A stretch of 39,990 nucleotides of DNA from Amoebophrya sp. A120. Lineage: Eukaryota > Protista > Dinoflagellata. Below, piece after piece: positions 37,545 through 39,990 of this stretch (positions within the stretch are counted from its first letter, which is position 1; the number at the start of each line of letters is the position of its first letter). The stretch is taken from assembly GCA_905178155.1 (NCBI GenBank), contig CAJINV010000002.1, positions 2,836,608 to 2,876,597 of the forward strand, written 5' to 3'. Below the pieces are notes generated by a model, which was not told where the DNA came from, made no database searches, and saw nothing but the letters and a program-made list of their open reading frames with translations. Made by a program: the position numbers and the translations under genes.

Positions 37545-39990
37545 ATGCCGAACCCGGCTGCCGCAGCCGCGGCGGGCGATCATACCGCACAGGAGGCGTC
37601 TTCTCGAACTAGTAAGCCCAAGAGTGGAGGTGGTGCGCCGAAAAACTGGAACGCCAACTTCCTCGACGAGGAAGAGGAGCATCGTGAGAATGTTTTCTCC
37701 GCAGCGAAAGAGTTCCTTGAGCTTTTGCAGGAGGAGAAGAAAAAAGACGACAACCTCTACTTGAGCGAAGATTTTCGAAAAGGACCAAGAAACTATCGCT
37801 CAGCGACGGATGATCATCATCGTGAACGAGCCATTAAGGAGAAGCAGGCGAAGCAGCAAGCGGACCTGCTTTGGTTCCACCTGAAACAGATCGACGAGGT
37901 GGTGAAGGAGCAATGCGGGAATAGTTTAAACTCTCTACTCCACGAGGAAGCGCAGGTGTTGCTGGAATTGAAACTCCATTCGGTGGTTGAAACCATCCAG
38001 GCGATTGAGCAGGGGAGAGTTGATTTTCAAAATAATGGACAGCACGCCGGGACAAGTGCGGTGTCGTCTTCGGGTAGCTGTAGCACTTCAACATCTAGCA
38101 GCAATACAAAAAATTTCTCTACTAGTACTTCTGTACAAAATCTCCTCGACGTTTGTGTCCACAACTTGGATCAGGTGTTATCTTTCGACGGGTCCAACGC
38201 CCACGCCAACTGGCTGAAGGGGCTGTGTTTTCTGAAAAAATCGTCCGACATGATGACGACGGTTGGAGGTGGTGGAGATGAACAGCAGCAGAACAAAAAT
38301 GATCTTCAGACAGAACCAGATGAAGTTCCAATCAACAACTCCAACCTCCATCAAGCCGCCAAAATGTTCCATAAAGCCGTCCACTCCATGACGAAGGGCG
38401 TGGAGTTTGCGCGCAAGTTCCAACTGTCCGAAACCCCGGTGTGGGAAGGGCAGCTCCGGGCCTACGCAGAGCAGGCGAAAAAACTGACGATAGAGCAGGA
38501 AAAGGACAGGAAGGAACGGGAGAGAGTTAGACTGCTGAAACAGGAGGAGGAGCGGAGAAAAAAAACCGCGCGGTTTGAAGATCACGAGGGGAGGCACTTG
38601 TCGGATGAAGAGCTGCTTGATACCGATGACGAAGAATTGACAGACGAACACTTTCAAGTAGTCTCGGACGAAGAGACAGTAGGTGGTGAGAAGAAGACGA
38701 ACAGCACAAAGAAAAAGGAAAAGCGTTCAAGCTCAACAAGTAAAAACGATGGATCGCCAGCACAGAAGCCAGATCAACAAGGTCGTGATCAGGAAAAACA
38801 ACACCCCGCCGACGAAGAAGAAGACCAAAAGCCGAAAACGGAGTTACTTTTGAAAAAAGATAATAAAGCCGTTGCCGCGGGAATCAAGCGAACGTGTGTG
38901 TTGACGAAGGAACAGGATGAGCTGTACGACGAGACAATTGCGCTCATGGAAGACGAGGAGGAGGAAATAAAAGCGCTAGCGCAAGTGCAAGAACAGCAGC
39001 TGCAAGAATCTGATAGCGTCGGAACACACAAGAAGAATTCTAGTGGTAAGGCGAACAGCAGCGGTAAAACTACGCTGAAGCGCGGGTTTTTGGCCGGGAA
39101 GCGGGTTGGGAGCGGAGGTAGTTCTTCAACTGCGTCTGGATCAAGCAAAGACGGCATGTTGCAATCGGGTACGACTTATCAAATGTAAAAATGTCTGGGT
39201 CTGGAAACTTGTGATGCTGGGCGGCGTCTCATGAGGAGGCTACGAGTGCTGGCTGAGCATGACAAGTTTCTGAGCTCCTAGGTGTTGCCTATTCTGCATG
39301 ACAAACTGCGCTTCTGCATCACAGAAAAACGGAGCTCTTGGGTAACGTGCATGACAGTTTTAAGAGTCATGCCAGACAAGCATGACAAACATGAATTCTT
39401 CCAGACCCAGACACTTTTACATTTGATACGACTAGTAGCAGTGCACCCGACCCCTTCGCAAAGTGGCGGAAAGAGCACAAGTTTGAGTTCGACGGTTCTG
39501 CTTCGGGGATCATGAATGGCACGAAAAATAAAACAGACACGGCTGTCGAGTCGAACTACAATGAACAAAAGCAAAAGTGTGTACTAGATCATGATGAAGA
39601 AGAGTCCAGCGCCGTGGTAATCGCCACTCCTGCAGGTGAGGATGTGGATAGACGTGAAGCGACCGGCAACGAAGCTGGTTGCGGAGTGCCATCAAGCGAA
39701 GAGGAAAATGATGATGAGGTTGAAGAAGCCGATTTTCAGCATCAGAACACGGCTAGAAAGACGGCAACAAACGCGGCGGAAAAAGCAGAAGTGCCAGCAG
39801 GCGAATCCGGAACAAGAGATATAGACGACGCAGGACCACGCGAAGAAATATTGACGGCCCCCGCGGAGCCGGAGGATGTTCTTTTACAGGGTAAGCCGGA
39901 GCAGGAGGACACCAAGAACGGGGCGAAATCCTCGAAAAAAACGTTGCTTCCGCGCGAGGAAGGCGAAGAGGAAATAATTCCCGCGGACAC
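37545..39990 (+). CDS. Large acidic/low-complexity protein with a TPR-like segment, 3'-partial
   Basis: Exon 37545-39176 joins 39434->39990 in frame after introner removal and stays open to the window end; LDQVLSFDGSNAHANWLKGLCFLK is TPR-like; coiled-coil E/K/R-rich region. Confidence 0.7.
39177..39428. mobile_element. Introner, family A, reverse, 252 bp
   Basis: TIR tatcaaatgtaaaaatgtctgggtctggaa / ttccagacccagacacttttacatttgata; DR cgact. Confidence 0.92.

Overview
Compact eukaryotic (protist) genomic DNA with nine protein-coding genes, all on the + strand: an MFSD1-type MFS transporter, two related-looking orphan membrane/secretory proteins, a TPR-SET-(CS) protein, an EF-hand membrane protein, importin-5, a UPF0193/EVG1-like protein, Rab7 and a partial acidic TPR-like protein. 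I rebuilt all gene models by hand and they need 49 introns. 21 are GT-AG introns. 28 are non-canonical, MITE-like introner elements of 111-315 bp with TAT[G/C]...[G/C]ATA terminal inverted repeats (TIRs) and a 5-bp direct repeat (DR). Removing each element plus one DR copy restores the reading frame, including the SET NHSC motif, an EF-hand loop and the Rab7 C-terminal CAC prenylation motif. TIR/DR non-canonical introns together with co-oriented genes are the described signature of the parasitic dinoflagellate Amoebophrya, so the element class is probably known; the organism call is an inference. What may be new is the mechanistic detail. One family is removed in both orientations. DR mismatches place the junction. 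A TGT[C/G/A]ATGC motif marks both introners and GT-AG introns in either orientation. GT-AG donors are GTAY (G plus the introner end) and some carry remnants of a further TIR family. Elements were found only in coding exons. Four ~1 kb GC-rich intergenic islands punctuate the gene array. No transposase, RNA gene or CRISPR array was found.
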